DNA of 63,983 bases, the filler included, from Diploschistes diacapsis (Eukaryota): the NCBI GenBank assembly GCA_023645945.1. It is 12 parts of 12 records of this genome, joined end to end, with 100 filler letters (N's around TTAATTAATTAA, not from the genome) between each part and the next. Parts side by side here need not be neighbours in the genome. Positions count along the whole stretch, not along the records: positions 32,319 to 37,593 come from JALAIB010001579.1; positions 37,694 to 42,967 come from JALAIB010001580.1; positions 43,068 to 48,337 come from JALAIB010001581.1; positions 48,438 to 53,697 come from JALAIB010001582.1; 8 more parts are not named here. One strand, given 5' to 3'. The notes beneath the pieces were generated by a model. That model made no database searches. It saw only the letters and a list, made by a program, of their open reading frames with translations, and had not been told where the DNA came from. The position numbers were made by a program, and so were the translations under genes. Within the stretch, counting starts at the first letter, position 1. Each line of letters opens with the position of its first letter. Below, one piece after another: positions 36,639 through 48,976 of this stretch.

Positions 36639-37706
36639 TGAGGATGGGATGGGAGGGTTGCCGCGGTTGATATCATGGGCAAAGGGATGGTTGTGAGGTG
36701 TGGTTGATTGGTTTGGACTCGACTGGACTGGTATAAGATAAGACACGAGGTACGGGGGTGGGATGAACGTCGAGTGCTGGCCACTTGGCGTGGACTAGCT
36801 TGCCTGCGTGCGAGAAAAGGCATAGCATTTAGGATTTGAGGGAAGGATTCCGTCTGTATCATGATACCCTTCCATGCCGCTGTATCTTTCTTGGTTCTAG
36901 CAACTTGGAACTACCTATGCATAGCTAGCGCGAATGGATATTTTATCATCTGCACCTCTTGCGTCCCCGTGGACTATGCATGGCTACCATGCTATCCTTG
37001 TTATACTTTCTTACAAGCTGCAGCCTCTCGGGCGTGTGTGTGCTTCGAGATGGCACAGATGGGAGACGGATATATCACTGTAGGTGTTTGCGGAATAGTC
37101 TTCCAAGACTACATGCACCGCCCGTCTCCAAGAAACAGCCGACAGCGTCCGCTATCACCAAGCTCACTTAAACTGTCGAAGCGACAACTCTTCGGGACGC
37201 GCAGGCCCCAAGACTCGGAAGAAGGTGCATCTATACGTCTTTTCGCCATGGACGTTGCAACCTTGATCATCTAATAGGGGTTATGCTACAAGATGAATTA
37301 CTGCGTGTAAGTTGAGTTGGAGGATGACACGCTTCTGCACAGACGCTTAACATTCTTTAGGGCTTCAATGTAATGAAATTGCTCTTTCTGCTGATTTTAT
37401 CAGCATAATTATTCTGACTGAAATTAATTTTTTTTACCCCTATTCCTAAACAGGTAAGTAAGCTCCCTTTCTATTAAACAAATTTTTCATTCTTTTTTTT
37501 TTTTCTTTATATAAATTTTCGAGTATTTCGAAACTCTATCGAATATTTAATCTCGAGTAATAAACATCTCGAAGCTTATTATTTAATTAATACNNNNNNN
37601 NNNNNNNNNNNNNNNNNNNNNNNNNNNNNNNNNNNNNTTAATTAATTAANNNNNNNNNNNNNNNNNNNNNNNNNNNNNNNNNNNNNNNNNNNNCCTCCAC
37701 CCCCCT

Positions 37707-40172
37707 TTAAATAGCATAATTCTCAGTATGCATAAAAATCTCCTGCACCCCTTCCTCAGTCCCCACGCCCGCCTGCATCCCCGCCACACACCTCTGCACC
37801 TCGACCCTCATGCTCGGCGGCCCACAGACAAAGACACACGTCCTCCTGCCAAACTCCCGCCTCAGGCCCTTCAGCATGAACGGTATGTCGGGCCTCCCGT
37901 ACTCGGTGTGCCACCCGCGCTTCGTGTTCACCGCGGGCAGGAAGGCGAAGCGCATGAGGTTTTTTTGGAAGACGGTCGGGGTGGAGGGGAATCCGAAGTC
38001 GAAAAAGCCCGTCTGCTGTTCCGAGGGGATCTCGATTTTCATGCTGGACGGGCGGCGCCTGCTGATTTTGACGGCAGCAGAGGTCGTTTGGGATTCGCTT
38101 TGTTGCCGCTGCTGCTTGTCCTGCTTGTGGCCAGATCCAGTTCCGGCTCCGGGCCCGGGCGCGGTGAGGTATGCTTGCGGCAGGGCGCGGATCTCGTCCT
38201 CGTTCTCGGCGCGCAGCTCCTTCTCTCGCTCCGGGTCGCCGGCTGCTTCGTCGCGGATGATGGCCGAGTTGCGCTTCGAGGCGATGCCCTGGAAGGCGTC
38301 ATTGACGCGGTCGTGGATGTAGGAGGTCGGCCTCGACCTGGTGATTTGTTGTTGCTGCTGCTGCGCCGCTTGTATTACGGTGGCTGCGGCGGGGTCCTTT
38401 TGCGCGTTGTAGCGCTTTGCGGCTGTGATGAAGAATTGGCAGTGGACGGATTGAGGAGGGGCGAATTGGCGGCAGATGCGAAGTTCTTCTTTAAACCACT
38501 CGGCTGTTTCGGGCCGCTTGAGGGCCCAGATGACGTGCACCTGCTTTGTGACTGCTGTGCCGTCGCGCATTTTCTTGATGAGGAGGAGGAGGTGGCTGAT
38601 AATGGCTGTGATTCCGCTTCCTCCGGCGACGAGTACTACTGTGTCGAAGCTCGTGAGTTCGCGTTGCATTCCACCATAGGGGCCATCCAGAAAGGCTCGG
38701 TATGTTTGGTAGGGGCCATTTCGGATAGCGGTGTTTACGACCTTGCGAGTGAATCCTCCGAATGGTCGGAAGACTAGTACCATGTCCTTGTACTGCTCTC
38801 CGTACTCTGAGGGAAAGTCTTCACTGCAGAGCGAGGCGACGGTGAATGGATGGTTTTCAAAGAACGAAATTCCAGGCATTCGCAAATAGACGAATTGGCC
38901 AGGCTTCCATTTCATTTGCGTCGGTATCGTGATCTTTACCGCATTTTCTGGCAGAATTGTGATAGCGGACTCTTCTCCACACATAAACGATGGCCGCCAG
39001 AAAGCAGCCCAATTAAGGAAGAAAGGACGCAACAGTAAAGAAGCGATCCAGATTCCCACGGTCGCCCAAAGGTAGGACCACGAAGTCAGGTAGTTACTGC
39101 AATGCCAGAACATCATCGCCAGGAAAACTATTGAGACTGGAACATGGAGGATCACGAAAAGTTCGTACATCTTTGACCGAACGAATGGCAGGGAATGTAT
39201 GCAAAGAAAGGCTAGAGGTACTAGTGCGGCTAGACCAGTTGCATAAGGATACGATGGCCACTGAAAGTAGCCTTGGGCTTGGTAGACTCGGAGTGCTCCC
39301 TCGGTCCACACTGGGGTGACGTAAAAGGGGATTGTATGTATCAGGGCAAGGACGAGGCAAATATAGCCCATCCATCTGTGGAGAACGTTCAGCCTTTCAT
39401 GGCCTATCCCCGTGATTATCGAGATGAAGTTGGCCTTCATGCTGATTGCGATTGTCCATGGGAGCATAGCAACCGATAGCATTCCTGCTCTAATGGCTAC
39501 TGGCGGTGAGCCAAACGCGATGGATGCATAGTAGAGAGGTTGCGGAATGAATGTGTAGAGTATGACGAGGATGAATGCTGCTGAGACGAGAAGTATGATA
39601 CTAAGAGAAGGAAACACGATCTCGCACTTTGCTAGTTTCATAGTCGGAAGAGGTCGGTAAATGATACATCTCACGAAGGCGAAGAGCCGATCCACCAGCG
39701 GAACAGACAGCGATGACTCAGTATCTGGAGCTACAACTGGCGGCCTGTCTTTCGGAAAGAGTCTGTTTGTCGAACCGCTGGTCCTGAGATTATCCATCTC
39801 ATAGTCATCATCGGGCGACGATGTCTGAGAAGTCTTGCCCTCCACGACCGCATCTTCCTTGTGTAGCGCTCTCCGAATTTTATCCGTCCATAAATGATAC
39901 ATGTGTATCACGAACGCCACCGCCATCAGAACGAGCGAAAAGTAAACCCATGCCAAAGAATATTGACCAGCATTGACGAAAGGATCCTGCTGTACACTCG
40001 AGTTCAAAGCAGCAGAGCTGTTGGGATGAATTGTGATGTTTATGCGCTTGACTAGAGAGTGGATCGGTTCCAGATGCGCAATTTCGTCCACAATTGATCG
40101 CATGGAGAGATGCGGTAAGGTGTTGATGTACTCATCGTCGAGGATCGATCTGATAGCCGAGAGAGAAGGCAT
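37707..40172 (-). CDS. Ferric reductase-like transmembrane metalloreductase (FRE family)
   Basis: LHRWMG and HTIPF heme histidines, WKPGQFVYL, ENHPFT, DGPYG, VAGGSGIT, VCGPPSM and terminal HTENY. The ATG start is at 40172. Confidence 0.95.
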   Translation of the reverse strand: MPSLSAIRSILDDEYINTLPHLSMRSIVDEIAHLEPIHSLVKRINITIHPNSSAALNSSVQQDPFVNAGQYSLAWVYFSLVLMAVAFVIHMYHLWTDKIRRALHKEDAVVEGKTSQTSSPDDDYEMDNLRTSGSTNRLFPKDRPPVVAPDTESSLSVPLVDRLFAFVRCIIYRPLPTMKLAKCEIVFPSLSIILLVSAAFILVILYTFIPQPLYYASIAFGSPPVAIRAGMLSVAMLPWTIAISMKANFISIITGIGHERLNVLHRWMGYICLVLALIHTIPFYVTPVWTEGALRVYQAQGYFQWPSYPYATGLAALVPLAFLCIHSLPFVRSKMYELFVILHVPVSIVFLAMMFWHCSNYLTSWSYLWATVGIWIASLLLRPFFLNWAAFWRPSFMCGEESAITILPENAVKITIPTQMKWKPGQFVYLRMPGISFFENHPFTVASLCSEDFPSEYGEQYKDMVLVFRPFGGFTRKVVNTAIRNGPYQTYRAFLDGPYGGMQRELTSFDTVVLVAGGSGITAIISHLLLLIKKMRDGTAVTKQVHVIWALKRPETAEWFKEELRICRQFAPPQSVHCQFFITAAKRYNAQKDPAAATVIQAAQQQQQQITRSRPTSYIHDRVNDAFQGIASKRNSAIIRDEAAGDPEREKELRAENEDEIRALPQAYLTAPGPGAGTGSGHKQDKQQRQQSESQTTSAAVKISRRRPSSMKIEIPSEQQTGFFDFGFPSTPTVFQKNLMRFAFLPAVNTKRGWHTEYGRPDIPFMLKGLRREFGRRTCVFVCGPPSMRVEVQRCVAGMQAGVGTEEGVQEIFMHTENYAI

Positions 40173-42286
40173 TCTGGCCACTGAGTCAACGCCAAAGCCC
40201 GAGCGCGTTGATGGTGAATATAGACTATCAAGCTGTTGCCGATTCTGTCGCCCCGCCACAGTTCTGTTGCGTTCGTCTCCGATTCTTCCTCCCGGATTAA
40301 CGCCCTCAAAAGATCGCTGGTAATTGAAGCATCCGAGTGATAGGCCTCAGAGATTGGCGATTAGAAAATAGCGACACAGTGTCCTAAAGGACTGTCGAGG
40401 TGCGATGCGGACTGTCGGCCTCCGCGCCTGGTTTTTCGGCGTAGCAACTGAGTGCGCAGTGCCGCTTTCCTGCATCGACGCAGTGTCACACGAATTCGCC
40501 CCGCACGCTTAGGATTAATTGAGAGCCTGAGATAGTGGTGTTCCTGTGCAAAGAAATAAGACGTTGATATAGTTCAAACGAGTCTGCAGGAACAGTCGAC
40601 AACGATGGAAGAGATAAGGAGGCCAAGACTCGAGGTATCAGGGTCTCAAGCGCAGGAAAGGCCTGGTGCGCTTGAAGAATATTCACAAGCTTTGGGAGAC
40701 TTTCATTGGCCTGAACCGTAGTAAATGTGATAGAGGCATCTGTTGGTGCGTGTGGAAGACTTGATCGAGTCCCAACGTTTTCGATCCACGAGCTTTCCCC
40801 GGCCGAGCACAGCAGAGAGGATGCAAGGGAGCTCATGGAGTGGGAGATGGAGTTTCCCATTGGCTGCATCCGAGGAAGCAAGGAACGGCAGACTGTGGTT
40901 TGTTACTGCATGCGGTAGGAAAAGTGTGGAGAGAAACTGCGAATGCGGATGCGTGATGAAGTGGCTTCGAGTCTGGCATGTCTATTCGTCCATGGCCATA
41001 CGCCTCCACTGGGGTGGAAGGTTGGGTTCACTGGTAGACCGTTTCGGTAGTGCGCCATAGCGTCCGGTGAAGAAACTTTGAAGGACAAGCAGTAGGAGCC
41101 AATGATGTCTGCTTTGTAGCCGCCGTCGGCATGCGCGTTCCGGACTTTGCGGCGGAGTTATCTTACTAGCATCCCATCGCGGCTAGCTTACTTTCTCTTA
41201 TAGTTTATCATGTTCTTGTTCAATGCAGCAGCTCACTATCTCATATCAAGCATGGAAAACGTGGGTTGGTGTTGGCCACAATGGATTGGACTATTCCGAG
41301 TCGTCTATCTTGTCGGTGCAACAAATCATCAGTGAACTGCTTGTTGCTGCTCCTTCCCTTCTTGCCCCTCTCCAGCTCATTGACATGTCTACAGAAGCCA
41401 GCGTATATATCATTCAAGCTCTTACGATAGCAGTGGTTCACTCACAAGCCATCATCTTCGTAGGATCCAGGGCTTCTATCTAAACATTCAAGGTGGCCGT
41501 GGCATCATTGATTGCGTAGTAGAGCTGCATTAGCTCCCATGCCTCCCCTTTTCGTGGTCTGTGGCATCACCCAGGAACAGTTTTCAATCACGCAGTAGCC
41601 GCTGACGGTTATGCAAGTCTTACCAATTCATTCGGAATCCGGGAATCAAGCAGCTTTGGACCTGCAACCCATCGAGAAGCGCGCAGCGGTCTTGCCTGAT
41701 ATAGAAGAAAGCTAAGTTGTCTATTATCTCTTGCGTGACCATCACTGTATATGCGGGCCCCTTTCGACCTTGTCAACGGAGCATTCTGGTACATTAGGCA
41801 GTAGGGTGTAAAGTGTCTTAATTGTTGGATAAAGATTCTGGGAACACTTCGACTATCGGCAAGCGAGGCTGCTAGCCCGAGCTCGAGCAGGAAGTATCCC
41901 TTTAGACAAGATGCCGTCTGAATCCAGGGAATAAAGAACTTGCGCTTTGTGCTTCGTAGATGGATATACACTCTTTGCGGATGCAGTTGCTCAATTATGT
42001 ATTCACGGATCTTCTTGAATATTCTATAATGACAACCCATTGTCACACACCGCAGATACAGTTGTGCAACGACCTCCATGCTGCAGTACTCCAGAAAAAC
42101 ATATCACCTAAGTAGCGTTACTTCGTAAACAATAATCATCTCAGCATGGAAACACGCGGCTTCACCACAATACCTGTATGCGTGTCCCAGCCTTTTCGTT
42201 CCATCTCTATCCCCTCGGAAACAACAATGCACGCCCTGACTCAGCGCCACTACTAGCACACCCCTCTCCCAAATCCCCATACCCAA

Positions 42287-42967
42287 TCACCGCATAGCCG
42301 GCGGCCTCCCCTCCTTATTCCACTTAACCCGACTTCTTACCCACTCCACCGCCTCGCTCACCCCCGCGCCCGTCAGCGCGCTGACCGGCAAGACCCTACT
42401 ATCCCGCACCCCGGCCCCCCTCTCTCCCTCGAAAACCGGCCGCACGAGCCCCTCTTTGATCTTCACCGTCTCCACGCAGTCCTCCCGGTCCTGCTTGTTC
42501 GCCAGCACCAGCACCGGCACCCCGACCGTGTCCGCGCTCGCCAGCACGCTCTCGAGAACCAGCTTGCATTCTTCCAGCCGCCCTGTATGCTCTTTACTGC
42601 TGTTCCCCCCCCGCGCGCCCGCTTCGGCACCTCCTTCTTGGCCGCCCACAGTTAAACCACCTTCTTCTTTCGGCGACCGCGACCGCGACCCCACAGCCGC
42701 TGTATATGTGCCGCCGCCCAGCGAGCTCGCGGTCCTCCGGTGACTCTGGCCGCCGCCCTTCTTCCCAGCCTCTAAAAACCCCAGATCCGCGTCGCCTACG
42801 TCGGAGCTGTCGATCACAAAGACGATGGCGTGGCAGCTCCGGTAGTAGCTCTGCCACAGTTTCCGCAGCGAGTGCTGGCCCCCCACGTCCCAGATCTTGA
42901 GGTACATATCGGCGAGGGTGATGGTGGACACATTCTGGCCGACGGTGGGGACGGTGCGGTTGTGGGG
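42287..42967 (-). CDS. ARL3: Arf-like GTPase Arl3/ARFRP1, 5' truncated
   Basis: TVPTVGQNV, IWDVGGQHSLRKLWQSYY, LANKQD and PVSALTG. Confidence 0.9.
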   Translation of the reverse strand, partial: PHNRTVPTVGQNVSTITLADMYLKIWDVGGQHSLRKLWQSYYRSCHAIVFVIDSSDVGDADLGFLEAGKKGGGQSHRRTASSLGGGTYTAAVGSRSRSPKEEGGLTVGGQEGGAEAGARGGNSSKEHTGRLEECKLVLESVLASADTVGVPVLVLANKQDREDCVETVKIKEGLVRPVFEGERGAGVRDSRVLPVSALTGAGVSEAVEWVRSRVKWNKEGRPPAMR

Positions 42968-43783
42968 NNNNNNNNNNNNNNNNNNNNNNNNNNNNNNNNN
43001 NNNNNNNNNNNTTAATTAATTAANNNNNNNNNNNNNNNNNNNNNNNNNNNNNNNNNNNNNNNNNNNNCAACATGTTAAATCGTGCAGATGTAAAAGATGC
43101 AGGGTCAAGCCCTGGATTAGGGCAGCGATTGCTGAGGTATCTAGTTGATTTGGTTTACCAATGCCGGGGGTTGCGGGGGGGGGGGGAGGGCGTTCGCCCC
43201 GTCGTGGAGACGAGTATAGCCGCTTGGTTTCCGCGTGGTGGTAAAGCAAGACAGGAATTAAGTTACGGGGCAAATCAATGAATCAGCAAATCGGTATAGG
43301 AAGCGCCCTTTCACGGAAAAAACCCTGCAGAAGGAATAGATGGTGAATGCCGCCGAGATGGATACCAAATGCCTCTCCGGGACTCCTGTATAAATTGGAA
43401 ACCAGGCTCTAATGCAATTTTGACAGCTTTTGCTTTTAGTATGATGTTCTTGGCTCACCACTATCTGGTCGGGATCTATCTGTTGTCTCTTGGTTTAAAT
43501 ACGAGACTGCTTAATCGATTACAAGGATCTGATAGCTCTATTGGCTACTGCCACTCAGCTAAAGACGAATCAGTCCTCTCCATAAGTGACATCGGGTTGA
43601 GATATCACAGATGAATATCGTGCCAGTCTAGCAGATCTTGATGCAGATGCTTTGGGCGCAAATGGGAATTCTTTTGCAGATACACTAACAGAACATCCAC
43701 AAGTAAAATCCTATGTTGGCACTTGGGCGAAGGGTTCGACCACAGAGTATTTGCATGTATAAACTCATATTGGCCAATATTAC

Positions 43784-45124
43784 TCACGTACTATTGATGG
43801 CTCCATCCTCTTCCAATCTCTTGAGCTGCTTCGCGTCTCGGGACAAAAAACAAGCGTTGATAAGGCTGATGAGCCCCGAAAATGCCACAGGAATAGCTAT
43901 TGGGTTTATAACCGCGATACCGGCTGCCGTAGCTGTAGCACCCAGTGCGCCGGCAATTTGGAGGATCTTGTCCCGTTTCGCTCTCTTCTTCTCCAGCAAT
44001 TGCTGCGGAGTCATTGCTAGAGGCAATTGGGTATTGATACTGGGTTTGGTGGTAGCTTCGGGTTCAATCTCTATTACTGGCTCTTCCTGTGTCTGGTCGG
44101 GATCTACCTAGAGTCAGTCAGTATCCCTAATTGAAAAGAACGAGAGAGGGTAATGGAACCAAACCTTATCTTCTCTCGTTAAAGCGAGAAACCTCATGTC
44201 AAAATCCATTCCTTGCTGACGAAGCTGTTCTCGATTCTTAGCCTGCAATTTATCGATCTGCATGACATATGTCCGCTTCGCCTCCTCAACCCTTTTGGCT
44301 TGCGTGGTCTTTACTTCTTGCAATTCATCGTCTCGGGCTTTGAAGGCTGCATCAACATCAGTCTTCAGTTTCTCAATCTTCGCTTCGTAGATGGCAATTG
44401 TCTTTGTGAGTTCGCGCTTCAAGGCTTCGCCTGCAGTGGTGTCGATCAGATCAAGTTTCTGATCCACCATCTCCCTCTGAATCTTGAGCGTAATTTTCTC
44501 TTCATTATGAAGCAGAGACTCAACAATCGCAAAGGCTGACTCTTGCGTGTCATGAAATTGGGTCATTGTCGCATTCTTGATGAGCATGTCTCCCCAGTAT
44601 TCAGGAGTGCTTCGGAGCTCTTCCTCGTGTTCCCTCGCACGCTCTTCGTTTGTCATCACTTCCCAGAAGGTCGTGGCAAGCACGACCTTTTTCATTGGTT
44701 CATCACCACAGAGTGCTCTGAAAAGTCCGAGATTGGCGAGTCCTTCATGGCCTAGGCGCGGATCCGTTATGCGATGTAGGTAGATAATACCGCTCAACCT
44801 GATGTTCTTTTGGTACGTGCCCACAAGGAACTGCGCAATTCCTTGTAGAACATCGGTGTCCGTCCTATACGTGTCGTCAAAGCCAGGGGTATCAAGAATC
44901 GCCATTTGCCTGTCACCGTAACTGAATTCGAATAGATGTGGCTCCTGCGTACAGGCCTTGAGAGAATGGCCCACAACGACATCTGGGTTTCCGGTAAGCT
45001 TCTGGACAAATGTGCTTTTTCCGGAGCCTGTAGTGCCCATAACGGCGAATACGGTAAAATCATTTGTGCTTGGCAACTCCAGAGTTTTGACGTTATGCAC
45101 TCCTAAGGACTGGCTGCCGGCCAT
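43784..45124 (-). CDS. AIG1/GIMAP-like P-loop GTPase with a coiled coil and a C-terminal hydrophobic hairpin
   Basis: G1 GTTGSGKS, G2 GHSLKACT, G3 DTPGFDDT, GIIYLHRITD and G4-like TTFWE. An intron at 44108-44164 (GTTTGG..CTGAC..TAG) joins it in frame to ORF 43784-44026. Confidence 0.85.
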
Positions 45125-45516
45125 CTTGGACTCTGATGCCGTCTAGAAATATAGTAGACACGGACTAAGCGTATAGATACTGATTTCTAAAGACCACCCG
45201 TGGCGATGAAGCATGGCATTTCCCTTATCTCTTCGACAAAAGCTCGCTACCCAGCATCGATCGATCGCCGGCCGAGTCTCACACCACCGACATAAGGGCA
45301 GCCTTGTGGCTGATTGCTTAGAGATTCCGCGTAAGAAATCCATAGCATGTGTCAATCCAGAAGCCATTAAGCCTCAGAGGCTGCGCTCTTTTCTTTGCGA
45401 AGCGGGGAAGAGGCAGTTAGTTAGTAAGGCATTATTGAAATAACTTAGAAGGATGCAAGGCTAAACCACGCTAGTTCGAAAACAACTTAAGGCTAACTTA
45501 GTTATTCCACCGACAT

Positions 45517-46050
45517 TAGAGAGGTTTAGCAACCCTGTCGCTGCGACTGCGAGTTTGCTATTGTAGTTAGCTCATGTCTCGGCGCCGAGCGCTGCTTACT
45601 TCTTTGGGAAGTATGTCCGAAAGTTCTCGCAGCGTCCGCTTACAGAACCGCAGACGTCGCATACGCTGCGAGATTCTTAATGTAGATAAGCGTCCAGAAA
45701 AGCCTTACGGCCCTTCACCGACGCATCCGCAGTTAAATACTGGTATTTCCGTATTCTTTTACCCTTTCTTTTTCTTTACTCTTCTTAACGCCTCGCGTTT
45801 TGTTTTTAAGTATAATAAAAAAATAAACATAATAAAGACCCTACGGCTCTTTAAAACAAGCCTCTGAAAACGTAAAATGGCTATATTTTAGGCCTTTGAA
45901 CTATATTCAAAAGAGATGAAATTAGTAAGAGCATTGTCATTTTGATATATTTCTTAATTTGGATTAGTTTATTGCCAAGGTCCTAAAAAAGCGCTAGTTA
46001 CATCTGGATTCTCGCAGCGAGCGTATTGACAGGGTTGCTAAACCTCTCTA
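45517..46050. mobile_element. MITE-like element with perfect 23-bp terminal inverted repeats
   Basis: TAGAGAGGTTTAGCAACCCTGTC (45517-45539) and GACAGGGTTGCTAAACCTCTCTA (46028-46050) enclose a partly AT-rich interior with no credible gene. Confidence 0.85.
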
Positions 46051-46107
46051 TTCGACCCGAAAAAGTTCCTCCAAAAGGCCACGCTCATTGCAACGTCTAA
46101 GCTGCTT

Positions 46108-47792
46108 TTACTTCTGCTCGCTTTCTCCTAAAAGCACAATAGCTTTGAGCCATACCTTCCGTCTGGCATGCTCGCTATCTATCTCCGTATTAGAAGCTAA
46201 GATTGACGGCTGAACGACCATCTCCACCAGTGAAGCTTGTTCTGCATCACACTCTTCATCGAAGTGCTGGCTTGGGTGTATCTCAACCTCGTCGCTTATC
46301 GATTGAAAGGTCTTCAGATAATACGAGCTAGACGGACACTCGATCCATACCCTATGTTTCCAAAGACGAGAGCTTAGTTCTCCGGCATCCCGCATGATGT
46401 CTTGCAGTTCGATTTCACAACGTGGCAATCCATAGTTCACTAAAGCTCGATGCTTACTCATGAAATTGCTAGTCAAGAATCGATAATAGTTCGCCCTCCT
46501 CTGTGTCGCTTCCTCAGAAAGCCTGGATTGGTAATTGGTATCGTTATCCGCCGGACTGAACAGCTGCAAGGTCAGAGACCGCCAGGCGTGTGCGATGGAA
46601 GGATCTCCTAGACGCATCATTAGCAATGGTCTGCAGGTGTAGATTTGCAATTCTGCCACACCATGCCGATATGCTCGTTCGTATGCCGACCGAAAAGTAT
46701 TGAACTCGTCTATAAAGCCGGGTAGTAATGGCTCGTTAGAGTTATAGCTACCAGGTAAAGGGAAAAAGGGCTGCTGGAAAATCCATCCAGTCACGAATCT
46801 GGCCAATGCTGCATTTAGCATGATTGAAGGCGCTTTTATTATGGCTTGTGTAATTTGAGACCTTTCCGGTACGTCGAGTTTCGCAAGCAGGTCTATCGCG
46901 CTGGATTGTGGAATAATCTGCTGGACAGCATATTTTTTGGCCCACGATTTCCAGTGGCTGGCTAGAGATTGAAGTGCTCCTCGGATCCTTCCGTCGTCTT
47001 CGGTATTCATGAAGCCTTTCCTGTCCATTACTTCTGCCTGCAGGTCCTGCATAGCGCGAATGTCCTTGGTTTGCTTATCGAGTGCCGACTGAAGTCTCTC
47101 GTTCTCGGCAGCCAGGTCTGCGATTTCCAACTCTAATTTCTCCCTTACTTTCTCCATCCGTCTAATACCTACTTTGTACTCTTTCCTCGCCTTTTCCCTT
47201 TCATTCTCTGGACGTACCAGAGACCACGATTCAGGCTCCCTAAGCTTCTGGAGTTCTTTCTCTAGTCTTTCCAGGGGATAAGTCCCTTCCCTCTTGGCCT
47301 TAGAGTCGCGCCTTTCAGCCGAAATCAGCGACATCGGATCTGTATTGATACGAGTAGGCTTATGGGGGACGAAAACTTCACGATCAGAATTTCTGTGTCT
47401 CTCGGTGTTATTTGAGGCCGCTCTATCAGATCTACTACGCTCTCGTCGTTCCTCGCGGCTATTCCGTCGAGATTGGCTATTCCGTCGAGATGGTACCTAC
47501 CAATGTTAATGAATTCCTAGACTTAACCCGCCTTGTCTGCACGTACCGTCTCCCAGCCGTTGTGCACATAGGTGTTATTCCTGCTACTACGAGAGGATCT
47601 TCTTTTCTCGGAGTGCACGACTTGATGAGTATCATTGGGAATTTTGGAAGAGGCGGATCCTTCCGGTTTTTCCTGCTCCACATGATCAGATCCGGAATCT
47701 GAATCGAACAAAGACTGTGGGTTCACATCCTCAGTGATGGGGTCTTGACGCAGGCGAGAATCGGGTTCAAATCGAACACGATTGTCGGCCAT
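46108..47792 (-). CDS. Uncharacterised coiled-coil protein with a possible GrpE/MIEAP-like C-terminus
   Basis: Exon 1 (47547-47792) splices in frame via intron 47497-47546, and a further 54-nt in-frame intron is probable at ~46608-46661. Disordered N-terminus, heptad region, DDGRIRGALQSLASHWKSWAK and C-terminal VEMVVQPSIL...KVWLKAIVLL. Confidence 0.75.
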
Positions 47793-48188
47793 AGCGATCT
47801 GAGCCGTGAGCGTTGCAAAAGGGTTAATATTAATGGCTGATTCAATTGATGAGCTAGGCGACACAGCTTTGATCGACAGACTTGGTGGTGGTTTTGCTGC
47901 CCGAGCAGTCACTTGGACGGCAGTCTACCCTCTCAGAGCCAGTATACGACATATATCGTTTCTAACTACGCTATGAATGGCACCATTACCCTTTTAAACC
48001 GATGCTCACCGTCTCTCGAGTGCGAAGCAAGGCTGTGGCTTTGACGCTCGCAAGGCTTTCAGAAGAGCGGGGTTGCGAGGCTGCGCAATGAAAAGGTGCC
48101 TAGAGCACTGAGTCTGGCAGCCTTGCGCTGATGAATCCATGCATAATTAGATTAAGGAAACCTCGTGAGAAGTATTTTCCAGCGAGTT

Positions 48189-48337
48189 ACATCCCAATAG
48201 TGTCAGATTATTAACCTAAATGGGTTAGTCTATCTGACTAGTTAACACTAGTAGGACCCTGAAGGTTCTTTAACCCTTCAGGACACGCCATTAACAACTG
48301 TTGAACATCCTACTAACTATAGTCAAACATCCTACTA
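48189..48337. repeat. Dispersed repeat shared with contig 1 (490-625)
   Basis: CTAGTAGGACCCTGAAGGTTCTTTAACC is the reverse complement of the sequence at 541-568. Confidence 0.8.
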
Positions 48338-48976
48338 NNNNNNNNNNNNNNNNNNNNNNNNNNNNNNNNNNNNNNNNNNNNTTAATTAATTAANNNNNNN
48401 NNNNNNNNNNNNNNNNNNNNNNNNNNNNNNNNNNNNNCAGCCAGCCAGCGGGGATAGGTCGCCTACCTACCTACCTACCTGCCTGCCTACCTTGTCTACC
48501 TGGCTACCTGGGCTACAAATGTAAAAAGAATAACGACACCGCGTGAAAACCGATTTTTCTTCCGGGAGTATAACCAAAATTTGGGTGGGGGAATAGATCG
48601 ATTGCAGCGGAGAATCGTGGCTCGAGTTCTGATGGGGTGCGTCAGAGGCAGCTAGCTCCACAGAGAAAGTAAAAGCACCTACCTACCTTAGATCCACATG
48701 CAACACGAGATATCACGGTGGGCGCCCCCCCCGCAAGTTGATAGGAACAAAATACATATTCGACTACGTACATATGAAAAACCCTTCTCCTTCCACCGTT
48801 CTCCAGCGCTCTTTGCATGATTCGCTTTTCTAGATGCTCCACCCTCACTCAAGCACGGCGTTGCACATTAGCTTCAGGTGCGTGGATTCCTCTTCTTGAC
48901 TCGGTATGATACAATGTCCACGCTCTCCCCCGTCGCTGAAACCTGTACTCGCTGCTCTCTATCTCGGACGTGTCGT

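Noticed and set aside
40486..42079. ORFs of 130-156 aa upstream of the ferric reductase
   Set aside because: No motifs or codon bias; probably promoter or UTR sequence.
42287..45124. Adjacent GTPase genes ARL3 and the GIMAP-like GTPase as a cluster
   Set aside because: They are separated by a spacer and lie on different contigs.
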